DNA of 64,000 bases from an uncultured Alphaproteobacteria bacterium (GTDB lineage Bacteria; Pseudomonadota; Alphaproteobacteria; HIMB59; GCA-002718135). Shown piece after piece: positions 54,545 through 63,966 of this stretch (positions within the stretch are counted from its first letter, which is position 1; each line of letters starts with the position of its first letter). The stretch spans positions 36,860 through 100,859 of the forward strand of contig CACNUI010000004.1 in NCBI GenBank assembly GCA_902623545.1, in the 5' to 3' direction. Below the pieces are notes generated by a model. It was not told the origin of the DNA. It did no database searches and saw nothing but the letters and a program-made list of their open reading frames with translations. The position numbers and the translations under genes were made by a program.

Positions 54545-55770
54545 AATCTATTGGGTGAATAAGCTTCAATATTAATATTAGGTTTTTTACCATTTGTTAT
54601 CGTAGTTATAATTTTTCCAGTTATTGCGCCTAGAGTCCAACCTATATGTTGATGACCAAAAGCATATATAATATTTTTATTTTTTGATGACTCGCCAATA
54701 ATTGGTAAAGAATCAGGTAGTGTTGGCCTTCTACCCATCCATGTTGATTTTATTTCCCCAAGTTGTGGTAAGACTTTTCTAGATTGCCTTTCAATCATTT
54801 TAATTCTTTTTAAATTAGGTTCCTTATTTATACCTGCTATTTCTACAGTTCCTGCAGCTCTCACTCCATCATGAATTTGAATTAGATAAAAACCAGACTC
54901 AGACCATGCGACAGGTCTTTTAATTAGTTTTTCATTAGTATTAAAAAGGATGTGATATCCTCTTTCTGTATCAAGGGGAAAATTTTCTCCAAGTAAATTA
55001 GCAATTTTATTAGACCACGCACCTGCACAGACAATCATTTTATCAAAATTAATTTTTTTGTTTCCTAAGTATATTTCTATATTATTTTCTTTCTGAATAA
55101 GATTAGTAACATTTTGTTTTATGTAAATCCCACCTAATTCTAAAAACTTTTCAAAAATTTTAGTGCTTATGGCTAAAGGATTTGTTGTATGTCTTGATCC
55201 AGTAAATAATTGACCTGCATAATAAACGTCAGCAATATTTGGTTCCAAATCTTTAACTTCTTCTTTGTTTAAATTTCTAAACTTAACACTATTATTTTTT
55301 CTAATGACATTGGCATATTCATAGTTGTCTAAAGATTTTTTTGTATCAAATAAATATAGATTCTCTTCATGACTAATATACTCTTGAACATTAACTTCTT
55401 TAAATATTTCGTCATAAGATATCTGGGAATGTTTTAATAAGTTTGTAAGTGAACTAGCTATTTCTTCAACTTTTTCTTTTTTACAATTTTTTAAGAAACT
55501 TAATGCCCAAGGTATATTTTTGAGAATATAAAAAAAATCAACTGCTAAAGGACCATCTTTTTTTAGAAGCATTTTAGGTACGTCCCAAATTAATCCGGGA
55601 TAATTCACAGGTACATTTGCGTAATCAGCAAAACTACATGCGTGACCAAAACTTGTCATTGTGCCAGGGTCTTCTCTGTCAATAAGAGTAACTCTAAATC
55701 CAGATTTTTTTAAAAAATAAGCGCTACAAATTCCTACAATTCCTGCACCAATAACAGCAATACTTTTCAC
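54541..55770 (-). CDS. FAD-dependent amine/amino-acid oxidoreductase (DadA/PuuB-like DAO family)
   Basis: IAVIGAGIVGICSAYFL dinucleotide fold. It is the last gene of the Pot-type transporter operon. Confidence 0.7.
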   Translation of the reverse strand: MKSIAVIGAGIVGICSAYFLKKSGFRVTLIDREDPGTMTSFGHACSFADYANVPVNYPGLIWDVPKMLLKKDGPLAVDFFYILKNIPWALSFLKNCKKEKVEEIASSLTNLLKHSQISYDEIFKEVNVQEYISHEENLYLFDTKKSLDNYEYANVIRKNNSVKFRNLNKEEVKDLEPNIADVYYAGQLFTGSRHTTNPLAISTKIFEKFLELGGIYIKQNVTNLIQKENNIEIYLGNKKINFDKMIVCAGAWSNKIANLLGENFPLDTERGYHILFNTNEKLIKRPVAWSESGFYLIQIHDGVRAAGTVEIAGINKEPNLKRIKMIERQSRKVLPQLGEIKSTWMGRRPTLPDSLPIIGESSKNKNIIYAFGHQHIGWTLGAITGKIITTITNGKKPNINIEAYSPNRF

Positions 55771-55774
55771 AAAT

Positions 55775-56671
55775 TTATCGAGATTTAATACCTCGAAGTC
55801 TCTCAGATCTTCTTCTCAATAGCTCAACAGTAGTTAATAAAACAATAGAAAGTATTACTAAACAAGTTGCCATACATAAAATGACGGGACTAATTTCTTG
55901 ACGTATTCCGGCCCACATTTGTTTAGGAATAGTTAACTGATCAATACTGGCCATAAACATGACTATAACTACTTCATCAAATGAAGTAATAAATGCAAAT
56001 AATGCCCCTGATATTATTCCAGGTAAAATTAATGGCATAATTACTTTGAAAAAAGTTCTAATTGGTCTTGCGCCTAAACTTTGTGCAGCTTTGACCATAT
56101 TCATATCAAAACCCACTAATGTAGCTGTTACAGTTATAACTACAAAAGGAGTTGCAAGAGCAACATGAGCAAGAATTACACCTGTAAAAGTGTAAACTAA
56201 ATTAATTCGAGCATAAAAAAAGAACATACCTGCAGCTGTAATAATCAACGGAACTATCATTGGTGAAATTAATATGGACATTATTAATGCTTTATAGGGC
56301 ATATGAGGTCTGCTCAATCCTAAGGCAGCCATTGTACCAAGAGCTGTTGCTATTGCCGTGGCTATTATTCCGATAAACAAACTATTAACTGTTCCAACCA
56401 TCCATTTTTTTGAACAAGGAACAGTAGAAGAAACAACATCAGCACTACAATCGCCAATCATATTTTTATACCATCTCAATGACCAAGCTTCAGGATCTGG
56501 TGGCCAAGCTAACATACCATCAGTAAAAACCATAAATGGTGAAACACTAAAAGAAATTGGAACAATTGCTATTAATGGAGCAATGAGAAAGAAAAACACA
56601 ACTGCACAGAAAAATAAATATGCATAATAGTAAGTTCTTTGTACAGGTGATGCATAACTTGGAAGTGCCAT
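55775..56671 (-). CDS. ABC transporter permease, PotC-like
   Basis: Six TM segments and EAA loop KAAQSLGARPIRTFFKVIMP. Confidence 0.8.
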   Translation of the reverse strand: MALPSYASPVQRTYYYAYLFFCAVVFFFLIAPLIAIVPISFSVSPFMVFTDGMLAWPPDPEAWSLRWYKNMIGDCSADVVSSTVPCSKKWMVGTVNSLFIGIIATAIATALGTMAALGLSRPHMPYKALIMSILISPMIVPLIITAAGMFFFYARINLVYTFTGVILAHVALATPFVVITVTATLVGFDMNMVKAAQSLGARPIRTFFKVIMPLILPGIISGALFAFITSFDEVVIVMFMASIDQLTIPKQMWAGIRQEISPVILCMATCLVILSIVLLTTVELLRRRSERLRGIKSR

Positions 56672-56673
56672 AA

Positions 56674-57951
56674 TTATCCTAGTTTTATATTATCTATGCC
56701 AACGATTTTATTGTACAGCCAATAAAAAATTAACATAACAAAAAGTAAAATTGATCCCAGCGCAGCGCATAATCCCCAATTCAATGTCGTTTTTAGATGA
56801 TAAGCTATCCAGTGACCGATCAATTGTCCATCTTTTCCACCAACAAGTTCTGGGGTTATGAAATAACCAATGGCTAATACGAATACTAGTAAACCTCCTG
56901 CACTCATACCTGGAATAGTTTGTGGTAAATATACTCGCCAAAAAGCCATAGCAGGTTTAGCACCTAAATTTTGTGCTGCTCTCATATGACTTTTTGGAAT
57001 GACTCTCATAACGCTGTACAATGGTAAAATCATAAATGGCAATAATATTTGAGTCATGGCAATCAACGTGCCCGTTTCATTATAGACCATTTGAATTCTT
57101 CCATCATCACTAAGAATTCCCAGCCAAACTAAAACTCCATTAATTACTCCATTTTGTTGAAGCATAACAATCCATGCAGTCGTCCTTACAAGCAATGATG
57201 TCCAGAAAGGAAGTAAAACAAAGATCATCAGCAGATTACTGTAACGTAGTGGTAAGTTAGCTAGTAAATGAGCAACAGGAAAACCTAGAATTAAACAGAA
57301 GAAAGTAACATAGACGCTTACTTTTAAAGTTCTAATCCATGTCTTAATGTACATTCTTCTCTTTTCATCTTGCAGAATGACATCTCCTTCTTCATTATAA
57401 GTTCTATCAAGTGCATTCCAATAATAAATAGAAGATCGTTCATTCACCATTTGATTAAATGAGTACCAATAAGTTGGGTCAGCCCACAATTTGTTAATTT
57501 CAATCATTTTATCTTTATAAGATAAAGGCTCTTCACCTTTTTTAACTATTTTTTTAATCTCTCTAGAAGTTTTTTTTATTAAACTTTTCCATCCTGATTT
57601 TGCATAATTCATTCTGGTTAATGCTTTACCTATTTGTCTTTTATCTCCATTAGCAAGTTCAAGAAAAAGATTTTTGTAAACTTCTTCAGGCGGAAGATCA
57701 TCTTCACCTTTGTCCCATTTTTTATACTCCTCAAAAGTATTTGGGAAAACTGTGTTGATTTGACTATCATCAACACTTCTCATGAGCATATCACCGATGG
57801 GGATTACAAATGTAACAACAATAAATAGCAATAATGGAAATACTAGAAAAAAAGCACGTATTTTATTTCGCCTTTCAGCTTTTTTAAGACTTTGTTTAAG
57901 TGGTATTCCGTCAGTTGTTAATAACTCTGCAGTAGAAATAATAACCTCCAA
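56674..57951 (-). CDS. ABC transporter permease, PotB-like, with a large insertion after TM1
   Basis: EAA loop RAAQNLGAKPAMAFWRVYLP. A polar segment of about 150 aa lies between the first and second TM helices. The start is uncertain: the track uses a TTG that overlaps a GGAGG. Confidence 0.75.
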   Translation of the reverse strand: MEVIISTAELLTTDGIPLKQSLKKAERRNKIRAFFLVFPLLLFIVVTFVIPIGDMLMRSVDDSQINTVFPNTFEEYKKWDKGEDDLPPEEVYKNLFLELANGDKRQIGKALTRMNYAKSGWKSLIKKTSREIKKIVKKGEEPLSYKDKMIEINKLWADPTYWYSFNQMVNERSSIYYWNALDRTYNEEGDVILQDEKRRMYIKTWIRTLKVSVYVTFFCLILGFPVAHLLANLPLRYSNLLMIFVLLPFWTSLLVRTTAWIVMLQQNGVINGVLVWLGILSDDGRIQMVYNETGTLIAMTQILLPFMILPLYSVMRVIPKSHMRAAQNLGAKPAMAFWRVYLPQTIPGMSAGGLLVFVLAIGYFITPELVGGKDGQLIGHWIAYHLKTTLNWGLCAALGSILLFVMLIFYWLYNKIVGIDNIKLG

Positions 57952-57955
57952 ATAA

Positions 57956-57979
57956 AAAGGCGAGATAAATCTCGCCTTT
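57956..57979 (-). terminator. Intra-operon hairpin after the binding-protein gene
   Basis: AAAGGCGAGA-ttta-TCTCGCCTTT forms a 10-bp stem between the SBP stop (58011) and the permease start. Confidence 0.5.
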
Positions 57980-58010
57980 AGAATAAATTACAATTTTTAA
58001 TTTATCAAGC

Positions 58011-59114
58011 TTAGTTACCCATCCAAGCAGAATAACGCTCATTAATTTCAGCACCGTAATCTGACCACCACTGTGGATCACTTACGATTGAAACTGCTAA
58101 ACGCTCTGGTGTATTAGGCATATGAGGCATAATATCTACTCCGCCTGGTCCCCAAGGCTCATTATTTTGAATGATTGGAATACCAGATGCTCTCATTGGA
58201 CCATAAGTAATGTATTTCGCCTGTTCAGCTTGTGCTTCAGGAGTTGATGCATGGAACATGAAATCAAGAGCTTGATCTCTGTTTGGAGCACCAGACATTA
58301 AACATAAATATTCTTGGTCTAGAACTTGTCCTTCCCAAATATATTCAAAGTTTTCACCTTCTGCTAAGTTAGCTGCACCTACACGACCATTATAAGCAAT
58401 CGCCATTACAACTTCACCACTTTTTACTAATTCTAGAGGTTTTGAACCAGCAGACCAGAATACAACATGATCTTTAATTCTGTCCATCACTTCAAATGCT
58501 CTATCAATAGCTCCAGTTTGGTTAGCTAAAACAGTTGGAACTGCAGTTGGTTTTACACCGTCTGCAACCATAGCTTTTTCAATTACACCAGTTGCCCAAG
58601 TGTGAATTCCTCTTTTACCTGGAAACTTTTCTACATCAAAAAAGTCAGCCATGCTTGAAGGTTTTTCACCAGGGAAAGCATCTGGGTCATAGAATACTAC
58701 GTAAGTCCAGAAAATTTGTGGTACACAACAATCCCAACCAGAGTGGTATTCAAGACCATTATTTTCCATATCTTCTAACATTGACTCACCATCAGGTCCT
58801 GGTGCAGCACTCGTAGCTATTTCAGCTGAAATATCTTCGAATAATCCTTCATCACAACCTGTGATTGCATCTGAAGGTAAAACGTCAACAACGTCCCAAG
58901 TAACACTTCCACTCTCAACCTGAGCTCTTACTTCACCTAAACCGCCGTTGTAGTTTTCAAATACAATCGCACCTGGATCAGTATATGTGTCAGCATACGC
59001 TTTTTTTTGACTTTCTGTATAAGCACCACCCCATGATGCAACAGTTACAGCACTTGCTGCAAATGGCGCAAAAATAATTGATGCGAATAAGAAGGTTTTA
59101 ATTAACTTAGACAT
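58011..59114 (-). CDS. Periplasmic substrate-binding protein, PotD/PotF (polyamine/amine) family
   Basis: I moved the start to the ATG at 59114 (MSKLIKTFLF...), which is preceded by AGGAGGA and begins a signal peptide. The track's extra 22 N-terminal residues look spurious. Confidence 0.75.
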   Translation of the reverse strand: MSKLIKTFLFASIIFAPFAASAVTVASWGGAYTESQKKAYADTYTDPGAIVFENYNGGLGEVRAQVESGSVTWDVVDVLPSDAITGCDEGLFEDISAEIATSAAPGPDGESMLEDMENNGLEYHSGWDCCVPQIFWTYVVFYDPDAFPGEKPSSMADFFDVEKFPGKRGIHTWATGVIEKAMVADGVKPTAVPTVLANQTGAIDRAFEVMDRIKDHVVFWSAGSKPLELVKSGEVVMAIAYNGRVGAANLAEGENFEYIWEGQVLDQEYLCLMSGAPNRDQALDFMFHASTPEAQAEQAKYITYGPMRASGIPIIQNNEPWGPGGVDIMPHMPNTPERLAVSIVSDPQWWSDYGAEINERYSAWMGN

Positions 59115-59242
59115 ATATATCCTCCTATTTTTAATTAGTTTAATCTTAAGATTATGTCTGTAATGATGCCGTAATAACATGTAGCTTGTTTAAAAAAAAG
59201 GCTTAAAAATAAAAAAAAGTCGCAGTATTCCGGGAAATTAAT

Positions 59243-60331
59243 TTAGATATCCAAAGCTCTAACGTCATCAGAGTTCCAACTTAAATTTAAAGTGTCTCCT
59301 TCTTTATGATTGAAGCTACCTTCATTTGGAACTTTGACAATAAATTCATTATTGCCGCAAACATCTAATCTGGCTCTTATATGATCTCCAAGATAAATTA
59401 GTTCTTCAATTTTTCCAGTAAATGCATTTGAGCTATTATTATTTGAGTCAATTGAAACTCTCTCCGGTCTTATTGATAATTGAGTTTTTTCACCAACTTC
59501 ACTTACATTTACTTTAAGAGCGTTTACTACACCATGATTATTATCAAGATCAACTAGACAAGTGCTGCCATTAATTTCTTTCACAACACCATTTAAAGTA
59601 TTGTTTTCTCCTATAAATTTTGCAACAAAAGAGTTTTCAGGTTTCTCATATAAAATATCTGGGGTAGATAATTGTTGTACAACTCCATCATTAAAAACTG
59701 CTATTCTATTTGACATTGTTAGAGCTTCACTTTGATCATGTGTCACATACACAACAGTAATACCAATCCTGTCATGAATATGTTTTATTTCATATTGCAT
59801 TTGCTCTCGTAAATTTTTATCTAGTGCGCCAAGAGGTTCATCCATTAAAACAAGTCTAGGCTCGAAAACTAATGCTCTTGCTAAAGCTACTCGCTGCTGT
59901 TGGCCACCTGATAATTGAGCAGGAAATCTTGTTCCAAAATTTCCTAATTCCACCATATCAAGTGCTTTCTGAACTTTCTCTTGAGTTTGAGATTTAGATA
60001 TTTTTCTTACTTCAAGTGGAAAAGCTAAGTTTTCCTGAACAGTCATGTGTGGAAATAATGCATAATTTTGAAATACCATTCCTATTTCTCTTTCATAAGG
60101 TGGAATCTTGCTAATTGGATTTGTGTCCAAGTAAATTTCACCATTTGTTGGTGTTTCAAAGCCTGCAAGCATCATTAAGGTAGTTGTTTTTCCAGAACCA
60201 GAAGGTCCTAACATTGTAACGAACTCTCCTTTTGCTATATCTAAATTTAAGTTCTTAACTACTAAAACCTCACCATCATAACTTTTATCTATTTTTTCAA
60301 ATTTAACGAAACTATTAGATGAATTAGACAT
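59243..60331 (-). CDS. ABC transporter ATP-binding protein, PotA-like
   Basis: Walker A GPSGSGKTT, signature LSGGQQQR, Walker B VLMDEPLG and a C-terminal TOBE-like domain. Confidence 0.85.
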   Translation of the reverse strand: MSNSSNSFVKFEKIDKSYDGEVLVVKNLNLDIAKGEFVTMLGPSGSGKTTTLMMLAGFETPTNGEIYLDTNPISKIPPYEREIGMVFQNYALFPHMTVQENLAFPLEVRKISKSQTQEKVQKALDMVELGNFGTRFPAQLSGGQQQRVALARALVFEPRLVLMDEPLGALDKNLREQMQYEIKHIHDRIGITVVYVTHDQSEALTMSNRIAVFNDGVVQQLSTPDILYEKPENSFVAKFIGENNTLNGVVKEINGSTCLVDLDNNHGVVNALKVNVSEVGEKTQLSIRPERVSIDSNNNSSNAFTGKIEELIYLGDHIRARLDVCGNNEFIVKVPNEGSFNHKEGDTLNLSWNSDDVRALDI

Positions 60332-60403
60332 AATTAATTTTGGTTTTGTTTTGATGCTTGAATAACTGTATGAAAACGAATAGTCAAAACTTAATTTAAT
60401 AAA

Positions 60404-61267
60404 ATGTTCATATTTGGTGTTATATTTGCTTTAATCGCTGGAGTTTTATTTGGATTAATAGGACCAACAACTAAATTAGCGTATAATTCTGATGCTGCTG
60501 TAGCTTTAGTAATTTTTATGAGATACGCAATTGCTTCAATTATAATATTACCGTTATTACCATATCAAAAAAATTTACTTTTAAATTACAGAGAAAATTT
60601 AAAATTATTTATTTTTATTTCACTCGGTTCAATTTTTCTAACAATTGGTTTGCTTACGTCAGTTATATTTATAGATGTAAGTCTTACTATTATAATATTT
60701 TGCTTATATCCAATCTATGTACTTATTTATTCAATATTAGTAGACAGGGAGAAAATAAATCTTTCTATTAAGTTGCTTTTTTTTATTACTTTTATTGGAA
60801 TTGTGTTAGTCATAGGTCCTTCCTTCAATACAGTTAATTCTATAGGTATTTCTCTTGCAGTAATTGCATCGATTGGATCGGCAAGCATGATTATTGTAAA
60901 CCAAAAAATTTCTTTAAAGGGTATTCCACCTATTCCAATAAATATTTTTATAAATTTTTTTAATACAATTATTTTTTTTATTGTCTTAAAAGTTTTTTTT
61001 AATTTAAATTTTAACTCAGATTTTAATACTTATATTCTGATTTTAATACCATCTATTTGTTATAGTTTTGCTCTTTTATCACAACTAGTAGCAATACCCA
61101 AAATTGGTCAGTCTTACACTGCATTATTTTTATACCTTGAACCAGTTGTAGGAGTTCTTGGAGCTGTGTTTTTATTAAATGAAACTTTAGAGTTATACCA
61201 GTTTATTGGAACAGTAATTGTAATATTAAGTTTAATAATTGCTACTTTTCTCAGTAGAAAGGGTTAG
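60404..61267 (+). CDS. EamA/DMT-superfamily transporter
   Basis: About ten TM helices in two repeated halves. Recognised at family level only. Confidence 0.65.
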   Translation: MFIFGVIFALIAGVLFGLIGPTTKLAYNSDAAVALVIFMRYAIASIIILPLLPYQKNLLLNYRENLKLFIFISLGSIFLTIGLLTSVIFIDVSLTIIIFCLYPIYVLIYSILVDREKINLSIKLLFFITFIGIVLVIGPSFNTVNSIGISLAVIASIGSASMIIVNQKISLKGIPPIPINIFINFFNTIIFFIVLKVFFNLNFNSDFNTYILILIPSICYSFALLSQLVAIPKIGQSYTALFLYLEPVVGVLGAVFLLNETLELYQFIGTVIVILSLIIATFLSRKG

Positions 61268-62250
61268 AAATGATTTTTCATAAAATTTAACCAATTTAAT
61301 CCAATAATTTTTTCAGCTGTTTTTTCAGAAATATCATACTTACACATTGTACTGTATAGTTTTTTTATATCAGAAGGCTGTTTGTACCAACTAGGAAGTT
61401 CTGGCCATTTAGGATTTTGATCTTTTGATTCTCCATAATCAATTTTTTTTGTCCATTGACCATTTCTCATCCACATCACAACTTCATCAGGCCAATTGAG
61501 ACATAAATCAGATCCAATACCAATATTATTATCTCCAATAATATTAATTAATTGCTTTATCATTGTGCAAAAGTCTTCTTCCGTACATTTACCTAAGTTT
61601 TTTAAATGATATGGATAAAGACTAAGACCAATAAAACCATTATTATTAACCAATTTTTTCAAAACATCCTTATCAATATTTCTTATTGATTTATGAAAAA
61701 AGGATGGATTGGCATGAGATATAGCAACTGGTTTTTTTGAAATGTTAATAGCATCTAAACAAGTTTGTTTTCCTGCATGACTTAAATCAACAATCATTCC
61801 CAATCTGTTCATTTCTTCAATCACAGCATGTCCAAATCTAGAGACCCCAGAATCTTTTGGCTCAAAGCACCCTCCTCCTAATGGAGTTTGATTATTATAA
61901 GTAAGTTGCATAAAGCGAAGACCCGCATCAAAAAATTTTTCAACTAAAAAAATATCATTTGCTATTGGCGCAGAATTTTGAAAACCAAAAATAATTGCAA
62001 CTTTATTATTTTCCTTAGCATCTGTAATATCTTTTGTATTTCTTGCATGTACAATAATGTCTCTATGTTCTTTGAAAAGTTTATTCCAGTAGTTTATCTT
62101 TTCAAATGACTGCTCTGTATTTTCCCAATACACTAATGTCGCATGAATAGCAGTAATACCAGCTAGGTGAGCATTTTCGAGTAAATTTCTATTCCAATTA
62201 CAATATTCTAGCCCATCAATTAAAATAATATCTTCACTTATTTTTGACAT
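61264..62250 (-). CDS. Membrane-dipeptidase (peptidase M19, renal dipeptidase) family protein
   Basis: Family-level resemblance: the IDGLEYCNW N-terminus and the DLSHAG and ISHANPS metal-site blocks. Confidence 0.7.
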   Translation of the reverse strand: MSKISEDIILIDGLEYCNWNRNLLENAHLAGITAIHATLVYWENTEQSFEKINYWNKLFKEHRDIIVHARNTKDITDAKENNKVAIIFGFQNSAPIANDIFLVEKFFDAGLRFMQLTYNNQTPLGGGCFEPKDSGVSRFGHAVIEEMNRLGMIVDLSHAGKQTCLDAINISKKPVAISHANPSFFHKSIRNIDKDVLKKLVNNNGFIGLSLYPYHLKNLGKCTEEDFCTMIKQLINIIGDNNIGIGSDLCLNWPDEVVMWMRNGQWTKKIDYGESKDQNPKWPELPSWYKQPSDIKKLYSTMCKYDISEKTAEKIIGLNWLNFMKNHF

Positions 62251-62304
62251 AGATTATTACATCTATTAATGAAAAAATTTGAATTAACTATAAATATTTA
62301 ATAA

Positions 62305-63966
62305 ATGCTTCAAAAAGTTAGAGAAAATAACTACATGAGATTAGCTAGGATGGGATCTCGCTATCCTTCAAGGTTAAGTTTTTCTAGAAGCATGCTCAGA
62401 CGTTTAATACATGATAAATGGAAAATAAAAAAATCTAGATTTGACTTAGATAAAGATGGTTATGGCACTGTTGTTTATGAAATCATAATCAATAATGACA
62501 CTTATTCACTAGTATGTTTTTCAGCTTTTCTTGATGATAAAGATAGAAGTGACCGTGTAATTGCGAGTAAGTGGGACACAGCATATACGCTGCATGTTGG
62601 AAAATTAACTGATGAAGATCTAAAAAGATTAAAAGGTACAATTCCACTTCAAGAGTCAGGAAGAAATTCGCCAAATGAATTAATTTTAAGCAGAGCAAAT
62701 AAAAGTGTTAGGCTATTTCAATACGTTGTTAATTGTCTTTCGCAAGGCAGTCAACCAGATATTAATGAAATAAATAAAGTAGGTTATTTATTAAGAACAA
62801 CAGCAGTATATGGAAGTGGTAAATTTGGTTTATCAGATTTTAGCAATACAAAAAATAAAACAATTTTTGATCAACCATTTAGAGCTGAAATGTTATCTGT
62901 GTATTTAATTAGAGAATTTAGTGTTGAATTAGTCGAGCATGTTGCTGAACAAATAAACCCAAGTAAAGCAGTTAAGTTAGAAAGAAAAATTAAACAGCAT
63001 TTAGGTATTGGCAATTCAACTGGTTTAGGGATGGCTCCATTTATAATTAAACATCCAAAGTTAATTAATAAATGGATGAGTCAATATACAAAAACATTAG
63101 AAAAAATAGTTGATATTGATTTAGATATAGAAGCTTTCGAGAAATATAAAATACTTTTAAAAAAAGCTTTAAATTATCTTCAAGAAGTAAATACAAGTGA
63201 TGAATTCCAAATTAATAAAAATAAATTTACAAGTGATGACTTAAAAAAATACATATTCCACTGTAATCAATTAGATTTTTCTCAAAATTTTAAATGGCTA
63301 GATATACTAGATTATTGTGACTCAAATTTTAATTATGATACTCAAGAGATTGCAAGAGTACAATTAATTGAATTATTTCCAAAAATATCAGAAGAGCTAG
63401 CAGAAGATATGTCTGACGATGAAATAATGGATATAAATGGCAATCAAACTATTGGTGAACTAAAAAAAATAATTAATAATAAGTACTCATGGGTAAAAAA
63501 AATTGATTTTAACAATAAGGAAAGTAACTATTTATTTTGGTATGTTTCAGCTGCTAAATTAGAGCCTAGATTAGGTGAGAGATTTAATGAAAAAGGAAGT
63601 GAATTAGAGCAACATTTAGGTATTGCCAAAATGGTAAACGATTTAATTAAAAAAATTAAGAATTTGAATGATAATAAACTAACTTGTGAATTTCTAATTG
63701 AAAATCCAGAGTTCAGAGGAATAATTAAAAGAATTCAATCATTAAAAGATTATCCCTTCTCAGAAGTTGAGGATAATGTACTCGACAAACAAACCATACC
63801 AATCGACATGTTAAGATTTAAGTTATCATTTTTTGGAGCAAACCGATATGACCCTAAGTCAGATAGGTGGTTGAGAGTTAGTTTTTTTTCTGGGGCACCT
63901 TATTTATCTGATTTAAATAGTACAAATGTTGATGAATGGGGTTTTGCAACAATGAATTCATATTAA
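62305..63966 (+). CDS. Hypothetical protein (553 aa), no recognisable family
   Basis: A long uninterrupted ORF, apparently soluble. I recognise no motifs. An alternative start exists at Met11. Confidence 0.5.
   Translation: MLQKVRENNYMRLARMGSRYPSRLSFSRSMLRRLIHDKWKIKKSRFDLDKDGYGTVVYEIIINNDTYSLVCFSAFLDDKDRSDRVIASKWDTAYTLHVGKLTDEDLKRLKGTIPLQESGRNSPNELILSRANKSVRLFQYVVNCLSQGSQPDINEINKVGYLLRTTAVYGSGKFGLSDFSNTKNKTIFDQPFRAEMLSVYLIREFSVELVEHVAEQINPSKAVKLERKIKQHLGIGNSTGLGMAPFIIKHPKLINKWMSQYTKTLEKIVDIDLDIEAFEKYKILLKKALNYLQEVNTSDEFQINKNKFTSDDLKKYIFHCNQLDFSQNFKWLDILDYCDSNFNYDTQEIARVQLIELFPKISEELAEDMSDDEIMDINGNQTIGELKKIINNKYSWVKKIDFNNKESNYLFWYVSAAKLEPRLGERFNEKGSELEQHLGIAKMVNDLIKKIKNLNDNKLTCEFLIENPEFRGIIKRIQSLKDYPFSEVEDNVLDKQTIPIDMLRFKLSFFGANRYDPKSDRWLRVSFFSGAPYLSDLNSTNVDEWGFATMNSY

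Noticed and set aside
57941-57951. GGAGG (minus strand) taken as the RBS for a downstream start of the PotB-like permease, instead of the TTG start used by the track.
   Set aside because: The only in-frame codons within reach are ATT/ATT (non-canonical), and the next Met lies after the first TM helix. I left the start as given and flagged it as uncertain.
59115-59180. A 22-residue N-terminal extension (MLLRHHYRHNLKIKLIKNRRIY) of the Pot-type binding protein in the ORF track.
   Set aside because: A strong AGGAGGA RBS precedes the internal ATG at 59114, which begins a typical signal peptide. The extension is basic and unlike a leader, and it would place the RBS inside the coding sequence.
1643-62698. 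About 40 short track ORFs (60-158 aa) lie antisense to or inside larger genes. They are 1643-1852, 3562-3765, 5416-5718, 6765-7061, 9311-9535, 9397-9591, 9962-10150, 10367-10573, 12020-12496, 15512-15706, 17046-17366, 23257-23481, 23734-24009, 26709-26927, 27122-27331, 27315-27587, 27956-28243, 28441-28686, 30118-30390, 31040-31234, 32652-32837, 37099-37287, 37565-37747, 38110-38325, 38980-39171, 39977-40195, 41852-42160, 43238-43471, 45679-45861, 47382-47579, 47767-48036, 49779-50018, 50636-50854, 52104-52331, 55959-56168, 56358-56627, 56708-56941, 57634-57828, 58592-58816 and 62489-62698.
   Set aside because: Each is fully or largely embedded in a longer ORF with clear family motifs. They have low-complexity or shadow-frame composition and lack start context, so I treat them as non-coding shadow ORFs.
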